Shown here one piece after another: positions 47,203 through 55,586 of a stretch of DNA of 64,000 nucleotides. Origin of the DNA: Pelagibacteraceae bacterium (GTDB lineage Bacteria > Pseudomonadota > Alphaproteobacteria > HIMB59 > GCA-002718135); contig JAGFWP010000030.1 of assembly GCA_017639935.1 (NCBI GenBank), forward strand, positions 1,722-65,721. Reading direction: 5' to 3'. The notes beneath the pieces are model-generated. The model worked only from the letters and a program-made list of their open reading frames with translations. It was not told where the DNA came from and made no database searches. Both the position numbers and the translations under genes were made by a program. Positions within the stretch are counted from its first letter, which is position 1. Each line of letters begins with the position of its first letter.

Positions 47203-48165
47203 ATGGACAGAGATTTTTTTAATAAAACAAGGATTTTAGATGGAGGCATGGGTCAAGAGCTGCTTCACAGAGGGTTGAAACCAAAGGGAACCCTGTGGTC
47301 CGCCTATGCTTTAATCGATGAAGATTGTCACCAAATGGTTGTTGATGCCCATTTAGATTTCATCAATGCGGGAGCCGAAGTTATAGTTACCGCGACATTT
47401 ACAGCGCGAAGATTAAGATTGATGCAAAATGACAGTGAAAGATATTTTGAAAAAATAAATATCAAAGCTGTTGAACTGGCCCAAAAAGCAAGAGACATAT
47501 CAAAAAAGAATATTTTAATTGCCGGAGGCTTACCCAATCAAAAACAGACGTATAGATCTGATTTAGGAAAGGACCTCGGTTTGATAGAAAAAAATTTTTA
47601 CGATCAAGCCAGACTTCTTAATAACGGAATTGATTTTTTTTATCTTGATGTGATGAGCAGCGGATTAGAATGTGAAATCGCTCTTAGAGCCATTGAATCA
47701 TTTGATCTACCTGTCCTGGTCGGTATACATCTGAATGATAACGGGACGCTTCCCTCCAAAGAGAAAATTCAAGACATAGTTAATAGTCATAAAAATAAAA
47801 ACTGGCTCGGCGTTATCATGGCTTGCGTTTCTCCTGAAGCTTATGAAACGGCGGCCAAAGACATACAGCAACTGGAAATACCATATGGATTCAAATTAAA
47901 CGCATTTAATAAAATACCGGAAAATTATAACGTAACTTCTAAAGATTTTTATGATTTTGATCCGTCAACCGGTTCTAGTTTAACAAAGGAAGGCAACGCG
48001 GGCAATCCAGCAAACATTTTAGGGATAAATACTGACTTGAATGAAACTAAATTTTATGAGTATGCAAAGAAATTTATGGAAAACGGTGCAGCCATTCTAG
48101 GCGGTTGTTGCGAGATAAGACCTTCGCACATTAGAGAAATAGCAAAATTAAAATTATTGAAGTAA
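47203..48165 (+). CDS. mmuM: homocysteine S-methyltransferase family protein
   Basis: ILDGGMGQELL and the Zn ligands (MAC and GGCCEIRPSHI) are present. ATG at 47203, 5 nt after the DUF1028 stop, is preferred over the ORF-track start at 47152. Confidence 0.85.
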   Translation: MDRDFFNKTRILDGGMGQELLHRGLKPKGTLWSAYALIDEDCHQMVVDAHLDFINAGAEVIVTATFTARRLRLMQNDSERYFEKINIKAVELAQKARDISKKNILIAGGLPNQKQTYRSDLGKDLGLIEKNFYDQARLLNNGIDFFYLDVMSSGLECEIALRAIESFDLPVLVGIHLNDNGTLPSKEKIQDIVNSHKNKNWLGVIMACVSPEAYETAAKDIQQLEIPYGFKLNAFNKIPENYNVTSKDFYDFDPSTGSSLTKEGNAGNPANILGINTDLNETKFYEYAKKFMENGAAILGGCCEIRPSHIREIAKLKLLK

Positions 48166-48202
48166 GAATTTTATTATTTTGTTGAAAACTTCTTGTAACA
48201 AA

Positions 48203-48237
48203 CCCTCAACATCCCTCGTTGTTGGTGGTACAGTATC
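48203..48237 (+). promoter_or_regulatory. conserved GC-rich box B upstream of the 4-TM membrane protein gene
   Basis: The sequence is CCCTCAACATCCCTCGTTGTTGGTGGTACAGTATC. Read as a promoter: TCAACA, 17-nt spacer, TACAGT. Confidence 0.55.
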
Positions 48238-48260
48238 ATTATTTATCTAGAGGAGGATTT

Positions 48261-48632
48261 ATGAATTTACAATTACTATGCCGTATCAACGCGGTATGGG
48301 TTGCTTTAAACGGTTTATCAGCTTTTGTTGTCCCTGATATGTGGTTTAATATGGCAGGATATACGGCAGGACCCGCTGCTTACGCTGCTGCCCAAGGGTT
48401 AGGAGTATCTTTTATAGGGCTCGGTCTTATATCTTGGAGAACTTCTGATATCGCGGGTGAAGCGATCAATTTATATGGTCAATTATTTGGAATTATCTGG
48501 ATTTTGTTTGCTTTACTTGCTCTTTATCAGATGATGACCGGCTTATTTTCAGGACCTGCTGCTATTTTCAATCTAGTAGTAAGTTTAATTTTTGCTGCTT
48601 TGTTTTTTTATTCAAGCAGAAAAACTGAATAA
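48261..48632 (+). CDS. small 4-TM membrane protein, unknown function
   Basis: ATG at 48261 is preceded by AGAGGAGGA. The ORF-track TTG at 48219 would run through the upstream conserved box. A rho-independent terminator lies downstream. Confidence 0.5.
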   Translation: MNLQLLCRINAVWVALNGLSAFVVPDMWFNMAGYTAGPAAYAAAQGLGVSFIGLGLISWRTSDIAGEAINLYGQLFGIIWILFALLALYQMMTGLFSGPAAIFNLVVSLIFAALFFYSSRKTE

Positions 48633-48662
48633 AAAATTAATTACAAAATTTATAAATAAATA

Positions 48663-48685
48663 GCGGGAATAATTTTCCCGCTTTT
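48663..48685 (+). terminator. rho-independent terminator after the 4-TM gene
   Basis: GCGGGAA-TAATT-TTCCCGC is a 7-bp stem followed by TTTT. Confidence 0.8.
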
Positions 48686-48686
48686 A

Positions 48687-48722
48687 ACTTCAGCATTCCC
48701 CGTGGGTTGGCAGTAGAATAAT
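48687..48722 (+). promoter_or_regulatory. conserved GC-rich box C upstream of the EamA transporter gene
   Basis: The sequence is ACTTCAGCATTCCCCGTGGGTTGGCAGTAGAATAAT, with one extra G relative to A and B. Read as a promoter: TCAGCA, 18-nt spacer, TAGAAT. Confidence 0.5.
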
Positions 48723-48759
48723 CCAATGTAAGTTAACGATATAATGAGATTTAAGAAGT

Positions 48760-49653
48760 ATGATGGAAAATAATTATAAAACTAATCATTTAAAAGGTAT
48801 TGTTTTTATGCTTTTGGCTTCATTATCTTTTTCTATCAGTGACACTTTTATCAAATATGCGGTGAAACAAACAGGAAGCGATCTTTCATTGTTTAACATC
48901 ATTTTTGTGCGAGGTATTTTTACCAGTTTGTTAATATTGATATCAATCTTTTTTTTTGGAAAGATAAATTTAAAAAAATTATTCAATGACAAGCGATCCT
49001 ACATGAGAGGGGCGTTTGAAGTCATGGCTGCTTTTTGTTTTTTATCAAGTTTGATTTTAATGCCAATGGCTGATGTTTACTCGCTTCTTAATACGGCTCC
49101 ATTGATTATTACAGCAACAGGGGCAATTTTTTTAAAAGAACAAGTTGGAATGAGAAGATGGACCGCAGTTATATTAGGATTTATTGGTGTTTTGATCGTC
49201 ATCAATCCTGGAAATTTAAAATTTGGTTATTTTTTTATTTTGCCGATCATGACTGCAATTTTTCTGACACTAAGGGATGTTGTAACGAAAGGATACAAAG
49301 ATTCATCTAATAGTTTAGAAATTATATTTATTACTTCCCTGCTTGTGACAATTGCCTTTGGAATGACATCAATATTTTTTCCCTTCCACATAGACTACAA
49401 CATTATATTTTATATTTCATTTTCCAGCATTGCCTTGACACTCGCCTATTTATTCTCTGTACTGACTATTCTCTCCGCGCCAATATCTCTGACTTCATCA
49501 GTTCGTTATTCAGTAATAGTTTTTGGAATTGTGCTTGGATATGTGTTCTTTAATGAGGTACCAAGCATGAATATGATTGTTGGAGCCATTATTATATCCT
49601 TAAGTGGCTTGTTTGTGATCAAAAGACAAAAAGAATTGGGTAAAATTAATTAA
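48760..49653 (+). CDS. EamA/DMT family transporter
   Basis: It has ten hydrophobic segments and a two-EamA-repeat architecture (LLASLSFSISDTFIKY...). Confidence 0.8.
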   Translation: MMENNYKTNHLKGIVFMLLASLSFSISDTFIKYAVKQTGSDLSLFNIIFVRGIFTSLLILISIFFFGKINLKKLFNDKRSYMRGAFEVMAAFCFLSSLILMPMADVYSLLNTAPLIITATGAIFLKEQVGMRRWTAVILGFIGVLIVINPGNLKFGYFFILPIMTAIFLTLRDVVTKGYKDSSNSLEIIFITSLLVTIAFGMTSIFFPFHIDYNIIFYISFSSIALTLAYLFSVLTILSAPISLTSSVRYSVIVFGIVLGYVFFNEVPSMNMIVGAIIISLSGLFVIKRQKELGKIN

Positions 49654-49769
49654 TATTGACGCTGTTTTATATTTAAACTTATTCTAAAATTGCCTAAATT
49701 TATGCTGATTTGCCCGGATAGTATTAATTGGTTTTATTATTCATAATAGATATTTATCTCCTTTATTTG

Positions 49770-49793
49770 ATATTTAGAATTGATTCTAAATAT
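49770..49793. promoter_or_regulatory. perfect 11-2-11 palindrome upstream of fbpA, candidate iron-responsive operator (Irr ICE-like / Fur-like)
   Basis: The sequence is ATATTTAGAAT-TG-ATTCTAAATAT and contains the TTTAGAA / TTCTAAA half-sites. It lies about 90 nt upstream of the fbpA ATG. Confidence 0.55.
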
Positions 49794-49884
49794 TGTTAAA
49801 TTTGATTGTAAATTGGCGATTTAATGTCATTAAAGAGCATTAATTTTCAATAAACAATTCTTCAAAGGAAAGAGGTCAAAGACC

Positions 49885-50901
49885 ATGAAAAGAATCTTTT
49901 TTATTTTCACATTCATTATTCATACCATCATTTCGTTTTCCGCATATTCCGCAGGAGAGGTGAATGTTTATTCTTACAGGCAACCAATCTTAATTGACCC
50001 GTTTTTTGAAAAATTTACAAATTCAACAGGCATTAAAGTCAATGTTCTTCATGCCAAAAAAGGGTTGTTGGAAAGACTGCTGTCGGAAGGGTCCAATACG
50101 CCCGCCGATGTGGTGCTAACGGTGGACATAGCCAGGTTGAACCAGTTTGTTGAAGAAGATGTTTTGACTCCGGTTGAATCCTCCGTTTTACAAAAAAACA
50201 TCCCCTCGCATTTAAGGGACAGTGAAAAGCGGTGGTTCGCTTTTTCCAAAAGGGCGAGAATAGTTGTCGCATCAAAAGACAGGGTGGAACCGGGGGCGAT
50301 CAAAAAAATCGAGGATTTATCCGATCCAGAATGGAAGGGCAGGATTTGCACCCGTAAGGGAAGTCATGATTATAACAGGTCCTTGCTTGCATCAATCATA
50401 GCAGCGCACGGCGAAGCGAAAGCGGAAGAATGGACGAGGGGGCTGGTGGCCAACCTGGCTAGAAAACCGGAAGGGAATGACAGAGCGCAAGCCAAGGCTG
50501 TTTTTGAAGGGGTCTGTGATGTCGCTCTCATGAATACTTATTATTATGGCAAAATGAAATTCAATGAAAAAAACCCTGAGCAGAAAGAATGGGCTGACGC
50601 CATTGATCTTGTGTTCACCAACCAATCTGACCGGGGCAATCACATAAACGTGGCAGGAGGCGGGGTGGTTAAATATTCCAAGAATAAGGAAAACGCCATT
50701 GCCCTGCTTGAATTCTTAACTCAACCAGAAGCGCAAGACCTCTATTCATCAAAAAATTATGAATACCCGGTGAATCCATCGACGAAGTTGAGCGCAGAAC
50801 TTAAATCATGGGGAACGTTCATAGAGGATGAACTGCCGGTTGAAAAATTAGCCGAACTGGCTCCAGTCGCGCAAAAAATTATTGATCGTGTGGGCTGGTA
50901 A
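49885..50901 (+). CDS. fbpA: Fe(III) ABC transporter substrate-binding protein
   Basis: It has a signal peptide, the pattern VNVYSYRQP...ADVVLTVD and a tyrosine pair (NTYYYG) as in FbpA/SfuA/AfuA-type binders. Confidence 0.88.
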   Translation: MKRIFFIFTFIIHTIISFSAYSAGEVNVYSYRQPILIDPFFEKFTNSTGIKVNVLHAKKGLLERLLSEGSNTPADVVLTVDIARLNQFVEEDVLTPVESSVLQKNIPSHLRDSEKRWFAFSKRARIVVASKDRVEPGAIKKIEDLSDPEWKGRICTRKGSHDYNRSLLASIIAAHGEAKAEEWTRGLVANLARKPEGNDRAQAKAVFEGVCDVALMNTYYYGKMKFNEKNPEQKEWADAIDLVFTNQSDRGNHINVAGGGVVKYSKNKENAIALLEFLTQPEAQDLYSSKNYEYPVNPSTKLSAELKSWGTFIEDELPVEKLAELAPVAQKIIDRVGW

Positions 50902-50918
50902 ACTATACATTAATAGTT

Positions 50919-52562
50919 TTGTCTAATTGGAATGTTTGGTCAGTTACTGTCAGCATAATTGCTTTAACAATTATACTGCCAGTGCTGGCCATATTTTATT
51001 CAGCCCTGCTTGGCGACACTTCCTTGTGGCCCCATTTGTTTTCAACCGTTCTTCCAAGATACATAAACAACACCCTCGCCCTCATGCTGGGCGTCGGCAC
51101 TCTTAGTCTGATTTTCGGCATATCAACCGCATGGACGGTGACACGGTATGACTTTCCCTTGAAGTCAATTTTTGAGTGGGCCCTGCTCCTGCCAGCCGCG
51201 GTCCCCGCGTACATCATCGCGTACACCTACACTGATTTCTTTGAATACGCAGGACCCGTTCAGGGTGTTCTGAGAGACTTGTTCGGATGGGAAAATTCAA
51301 AAGATTATTGGTTTCCCAACATACGTTCAATGGGGGGAGCCGTATTTGTTATGGCTTCTGTTTTATATCCTTATATATTCTTAATGGCCCGCGCCTCATT
51401 TATCGCGACGCCTTTATCTTATTATCAGGCAGGTTCCGTGCACGGAAAAAACGTTTTCTTACACGTGGCCATCCCGCTGGCTCGCCCAAGCATTGTCGCG
51501 GGACTGGCCTTAGTTTTAATGGAAACAATTTCAGATTTTGGAACAGTGGATTATTTTGCCTTGGACACCTTGACCTTGGGAGTGTTTAATGTTTGGCTGG
51601 GGATGAACAGCCTGTCCGGCGCCGCCCAGATATCCTGCGTCCTATTTATCTTCGTAGTTGTTTTGCTAACGTTAGAATCCATGGCAAGGAAACGCCAACG
51701 CTTTCATGAAAGAAGCAGTGGTCAAAATGTTGTGAATCCGCTTCCAACGAGAGGATCGGTTGCCTTGGCTTGCATAATTATATGCGCGCTACCGCTTGTA
51801 TTTGGTTTTGTTATTCCTGTCAGCGTACTTTTAAGTTTTATTATAAAAGGATTTGCCGTCATAGATTTTATGGCAATTTTTACAACGACTCTTACCAGCC
51901 TGTTCCTTGCTGTTACCGCGTCAACTCTTGTTATGTTGGTTTCTGTTGTCATGATCATAGTCAGCGCCTACAAATCCAATAACTTTCAAAAAGCATTAAC
52001 TTTTTTATCTTCATGCGGATATGCTTTTCCTGGAACAATATTGGCGGTTGGAGTGGTGGTTTTTGTTGGTTGGTTGAACGACTTAATATATTTTCACATC
52101 AGCTATTTTGCGGGAGGGTTGATCATATTGTTGTTCGCTTACACTCTTCGTTTTCTGGCTGTTGGCAATGGGGCAATCCGATCCGGCATCACCAAAATAC
52201 ACCCAAGCTTGATTGATGCTGGCCGCACGATGGGATTTAATTTTTTTAAGATTATTAAAAAGATAATCATTCCCCTTATATACACAAACATATTGGTGGG
52301 TGGAATTTTGGTATTTGTCGATATTCTAAAAGAACTTCCTATGACATTGCTTCTGCGTCCTTTTAACTTTGAGACGCTTGCGACATATGTATATCAATAT
52401 GCCTCTGATGAAATGCTCGAGGAATCTTCTTTGGCAGCTATCATAATTGTATTAACGGGCGTGGGGCCGGTCATTTTGTTAAATTCAGCGATAAAAAAGA
52501 TCTCCAAGAGGAAAGAAAGCATAATTAAATCCGATTTGCTTACCTCAGGGGTTCATAATTAA
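50919..52562 (+). CDS. fbpB: Fe(III) ABC transporter permease (duplicated)
   Basis: It is a 547-aa polytopic protein with two permease repeats, directly after fbpA. The start is TTG. Confidence 0.88.
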   Translation: MSNWNVWSVTVSIIALTIILPVLAIFYSALLGDTSLWPHLFSTVLPRYINNTLALMLGVGTLSLIFGISTAWTVTRYDFPLKSIFEWALLLPAAVPAYIIAYTYTDFFEYAGPVQGVLRDLFGWENSKDYWFPNIRSMGGAVFVMASVLYPYIFLMARASFIATPLSYYQAGSVHGKNVFLHVAIPLARPSIVAGLALVLMETISDFGTVDYFALDTLTLGVFNVWLGMNSLSGAAQISCVLFIFVVVLLTLESMARKRQRFHERSSGQNVVNPLPTRGSVALACIIICALPLVFGFVIPVSVLLSFIIKGFAVIDFMAIFTTTLTSLFLAVTASTLVMLVSVVMIIVSAYKSNNFQKALTFLSSCGYAFPGTILAVGVVVFVGWLNDLIYFHISYFAGGLIILLFAYTLRFLAVGNGAIRSGITKIHPSLIDAGRTMGFNFFKIIKKIIIPLIYTNILVGGILVFVDILKELPMTLLLRPFNFETLATYVYQYASDEMLEESSLAAIIIVLTGVGPVILLNSAIKKISKRKESIIKSDLLTSGVHN

Positions 52563-52565
52563 TAA

Positions 52566-53618
52566 TTATTTGTTTGGAAAAATATATATTTGATCTGAAT
52601 CTATTTCTATTCCCACTGCTGAGGATGGTTTTGGCTGAAAATTAGGATGCATGTGACTGTGTATATGAACGACATCGTTGTTTTCATTTAAAACAGAAAG
52701 GTGGACAAAGCTGTATGAACCCATCAGTTTTGAAGCCATCACGGTCCCCTTAATTCCGTTTACCGGAGTTTTTTCTTTAATTAAATGTATGCCTTGAGGA
52801 CGAATGTGAACAATGACTTCCTCTGATTCAGGAATGTTTCTTACAGGAATGTTTCCAAGAGCGGTCTTGATTTGAGAATTTTTTACCACGCCGGAGAACC
52901 TATTCGTTTCTCCGAAAAATTCAACGACGTAGGGAGAGACAGGATTATTATATAATTCATTTGGAGGACCAGATTGAATGATCGTGCCGTTCTTTTCCAT
53001 AATATATATCTTATTTGAAATAAACATAGCTTCAAACGGATCGTGCGTGACGACTATGACTGAAGTGGTAAATTTTTCTAGCAAATGCAAGGTGTCATCT
53101 CTTATCTCTTCCTTTAAACTCAAATCCAGATTGGAAAAAGGCTCGTCCAGCAATAATAGATCAGGTCTTGAGACGATGGCCCTTGCAAGAGCAACACGCT
53201 GCTGTTCACCGCCGCTTAATTCATGAGGAAATTTCTTTAACGCGTGAGGTAATTTAATTAACTCAATGATTTCATTAATATCTTCTTTTGCTTTTGCTTT
53301 GTTTTTTATGGCAAATTTTAAATTTTCCTGAACGTTTAAGTGCGGGAATAAAGCAAATTCTTGAAATAAAAAACCAATGTTTCTTTTTTCCGTTTTAACG
53401 TGCTTTGAAGAAGAACTTACCAGTCTTTCATTAATAAATATTTCCCCTTTTTGTATGTTTTCCAATCCGGCGATTAATTTTAACAACGTTGTTTTTCCGC
53501 ATCCAGAAGGACCTAAAACACAAGCAATGTTATCTTTTTCAAGATCAATAGTGACATCTTTCAATACGGGATAATTATTTATTGAATAGTCCAAATTTTT
53601 TATTTTAACCGCTAGCAT
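52566..53618 (-). CDS. fbpC: Fe(III)/polyamine-type ABC transporter ATP-binding protein
   Basis: Walker A GPSGCGKTT, the signature LSGGEQQRVALARA, LLLDEP and a C-terminal TOBE-like domain are present. It is convergent with fbpB with a 3-nt gap. Confidence 0.9.
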   Translation of the reverse strand: MLAVKIKNLDYSINNYPVLKDVTIDLEKDNIACVLGPSGCGKTTLLKLIAGLENIQKGEIFINERLVSSSSKHVKTEKRNIGFLFQEFALFPHLNVQENLKFAIKNKAKAKEDINEIIELIKLPHALKKFPHELSGGEQQRVALARAIVSRPDLLLLDEPFSNLDLSLKEEIRDDTLHLLEKFTTSVIVVTHDPFEAMFISNKIYIMEKNGTIIQSGPPNELYNNPVSPYVVEFFGETNRFSGVVKNSQIKTALGNIPVRNIPESEEVIVHIRPQGIHLIKEKTPVNGIKGTVMASKLMGSYSFVHLSVLNENNDVVHIHSHMHPNFQPKPSSAVGIEIDSDQIYIFPNK

Positions 53619-53715
53619 TTATGTAACTCAGTTATATTGAAAATAAGAACAAAGAACATCAATTAATTTTCATTATGATTTAACATACCTGAATTGATTT
53701 TTATAAAAAAAGAAT

Positions 53716-53732
53716 TTTAGAATCGTTTTAAA
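53716..53732. promoter_or_regulatory. ICE-like imperfect palindrome upstream of fbpC
   Basis: The sequence TTTAGAA-TCG-TTTTAAA has one mismatch to TTTAGAA-N3-TTCTAAA. It lies about 100 nt upstream of the fbpC start on the minus strand. Confidence 0.4.
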
Positions 53733-53739
53733 TTTAGTG

Positions 53740-54573
53740 TTAAGTTTTCACCGGGGGGTATTTTGAATTTACCTCCGGCACCCATCCTTTTAACTTTTGA
53801 ATTCTATTGTCAGGTGAAGGATGAGTGCTCCAAAATTCCGCCGGACTTTTGCCACCCATATCCTCCTTCATACGCTCCCACACCTTGTAAGATTCCTCTG
53901 TGTCATAACCAGCCAGACTCATAAAGATTAAGCCCAAATAATCAGCTTCAGATTCCTGACTGCGACTGAAAGGCAGTTCCAGTCCCAATTGTCTCAGCTG
54001 ATTGTACAAGTCTCTTGAATAGCCAGTCAAACTTGTTCCCAAGACAAAACGTTGAAGTGCATAAGTGCCAGCATCCATGAGTATGGAACGACTTGCGCGT
54101 TCAGCAGAATGTCTAGCTACTGCATGAGCTATTTCATGACCCATAATGGAGGCAATGCCATCATCATTTTTTGCTATGGGTAATATTCCTGAGTAAAAAG
54201 CAATTTTTCCTCCCGGCATACACCATGCATTTTTGGTCTGATCATCATCCACTAAAACGAATTCCCACTGAAAATTTTTTGTTGGATCTTCAACTCCTTG
54301 ATTTGCGTAATAAACATTTATGGCATCACGAATATCGTATCCAATTTTTACAATATTATCATATTCTGATGTGCCAGTTATTAATTTAGTTTGTGACTTA
54401 AAATTTTCATAGGCGGGAAAAGTTTTTGAATATAAAAAATCATCGCTCAGAATATTAAATTGTTTGCGATCCGACATTGCCACGTCAGCACAAGAAGGCA
54501 AAAACAACGTGCCGCAGGTGCACGTCATTCCCCACACAAACTTTCTTCTGGATAAATTAGAAAAATGTGCCAT
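53740..54573 (-). CDS. M48 family metallopeptidase, probable Tat-exported lipoprotein
   Basis: The zinc motif is HEIAHAVARH. The N-terminus contains SRRKFV (twin-arginine-like) and LPSC (lipobox-like). Confidence 0.85.
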   Translation of the reverse strand: MAHFSNLSRRKFVWGMTCTCGTLFLPSCADVAMSDRKQFNILSDDFLYSKTFPAYENFKSQTKLITGTSEYDNIVKIGYDIRDAINVYYANQGVEDPTKNFQWEFVLVDDDQTKNAWCMPGGKIAFYSGILPIAKNDDGIASIMGHEIAHAVARHSAERASRSILMDAGTYALQRFVLGTSLTGYSRDLYNQLRQLGLELPFSRSQESEADYLGLIFMSLAGYDTEESYKVWERMKEDMGGKSPAEFWSTHPSPDNRIQKLKGWVPEVNSKYPPVKT

Positions 54574-54599
54574 TTAGAATACAATATAAAAAAAAATGC

Positions 54600-55586
54600 A
54601 TGAACTCAATAAAACAAATTCCTAAAGCAGAAATTCATGTTCATTTGGAGGCAACAATTTCTCCAGAATTGTGTCGTAAATTTGCAGATCGTAATAATGT
54701 AGAAATCACAGAGGATTTATTTGAAGGCGAATATGCATATTCTTGGGATGATTTTTATGATTTTATCAAGAAATATGACATCATTACATCTGTCATTCAT
54801 ACACCGGAAGATTACAGGGAACTAACTTACGCCTATCTGAAAGAATGCGCTTTAACAAATGTTCTGTATGTGGAAGCGATGGTTTCATCAACACACGCGA
54901 AACAAAAAGGTATGACATACCATTCTTTTTTAGAGGGAGTGGCAGAGGGGGCAAAACAAGCGGAAAAAGATTATGGCATTGTTTCAAAATACATTATGAA
55001 TGGCATTCGCCATTTGGGCCCTGAATCAGTGCATGCGACTGCAAAAGAGGTTTTAGAAAATCCCCATCCGGACTTAGTCGGTTTTGGTCTCGCGGGCGAT
55101 GAATTACATTTTCCACCCAAACTTTTTACTAAGACATTCGACATGCTGAAGGAAGCTGAATTTCCAATTACCGTTCATGCAGGAGAGTGGGACGGTCCTG
55201 AAAAAATCCATGACGCGATATCCTTATTGCACCCAACACGTTTAGGCCACGGTGTCCGCTCCATTGAGGATTCCTCTCTTGTTGAATTGATAAAAGACTT
55301 GGACATAGTTTTAGAAACGTGTCCCACAAGCAACATTGCCACAAAAATTTATGAAAATTATGAAGAGCATCCTGTAAAGAAATTATTTGATCAAAATGTC
55401 AAAATCACGGTTAATTCTGATGACCCTCCTTTTTTTAACGCGTCTGTTGCTGGAGAATATGAGGTTATGGCTGGTTTGGGTTTGTCTGATGATGAATTAA
55501 TGTCATTAACAAAAAATGCAATTCAATCTGCTTTTTGCAATCAGGCAACAAAAGAGAAATTATTAAATAAGATTTTAAATCAATGA
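54600..55586 (+). CDS. add: adenosine deaminase
   Basis: The motifs KAEIHVHLEA, HAGE and VNSDDPPFF are present. ATG at 54600 is preferred over GTG at 54567, which would overlap the M48 start. Confidence 0.9.
   Translation: MNSIKQIPKAEIHVHLEATISPELCRKFADRNNVEITEDLFEGEYAYSWDDFYDFIKKYDIITSVIHTPEDYRELTYAYLKECALTNVLYVEAMVSSTHAKQKGMTYHSFLEGVAEGAKQAEKDYGIVSKYIMNGIRHLGPESVHATAKEVLENPHPDLVGFGLAGDELHFPPKLFTKTFDMLKEAEFPITVHAGEWDGPEKIHDAISLLHPTRLGHGVRSIEDSSLVELIKDLDIVLETCPTSNIATKIYENYEEHPVKKLFDQNVKITVNSDDPPFFNASVAGEYEVMAGLGLSDDELMSLTKNAIQSAFCNQATKEKLLNKILNQ

Noticed and set aside
48706-48722. TTGGCAG in box C, and at 30556-30564 on the minus strand, as a sigma54 -24 element.
   Set aside because: The required -12 TTGC element is absent at the correct spacing (the sequence reads TGGCAG-TAGAA-TAAT). 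Boxes A and B read TTGGTGG instead.
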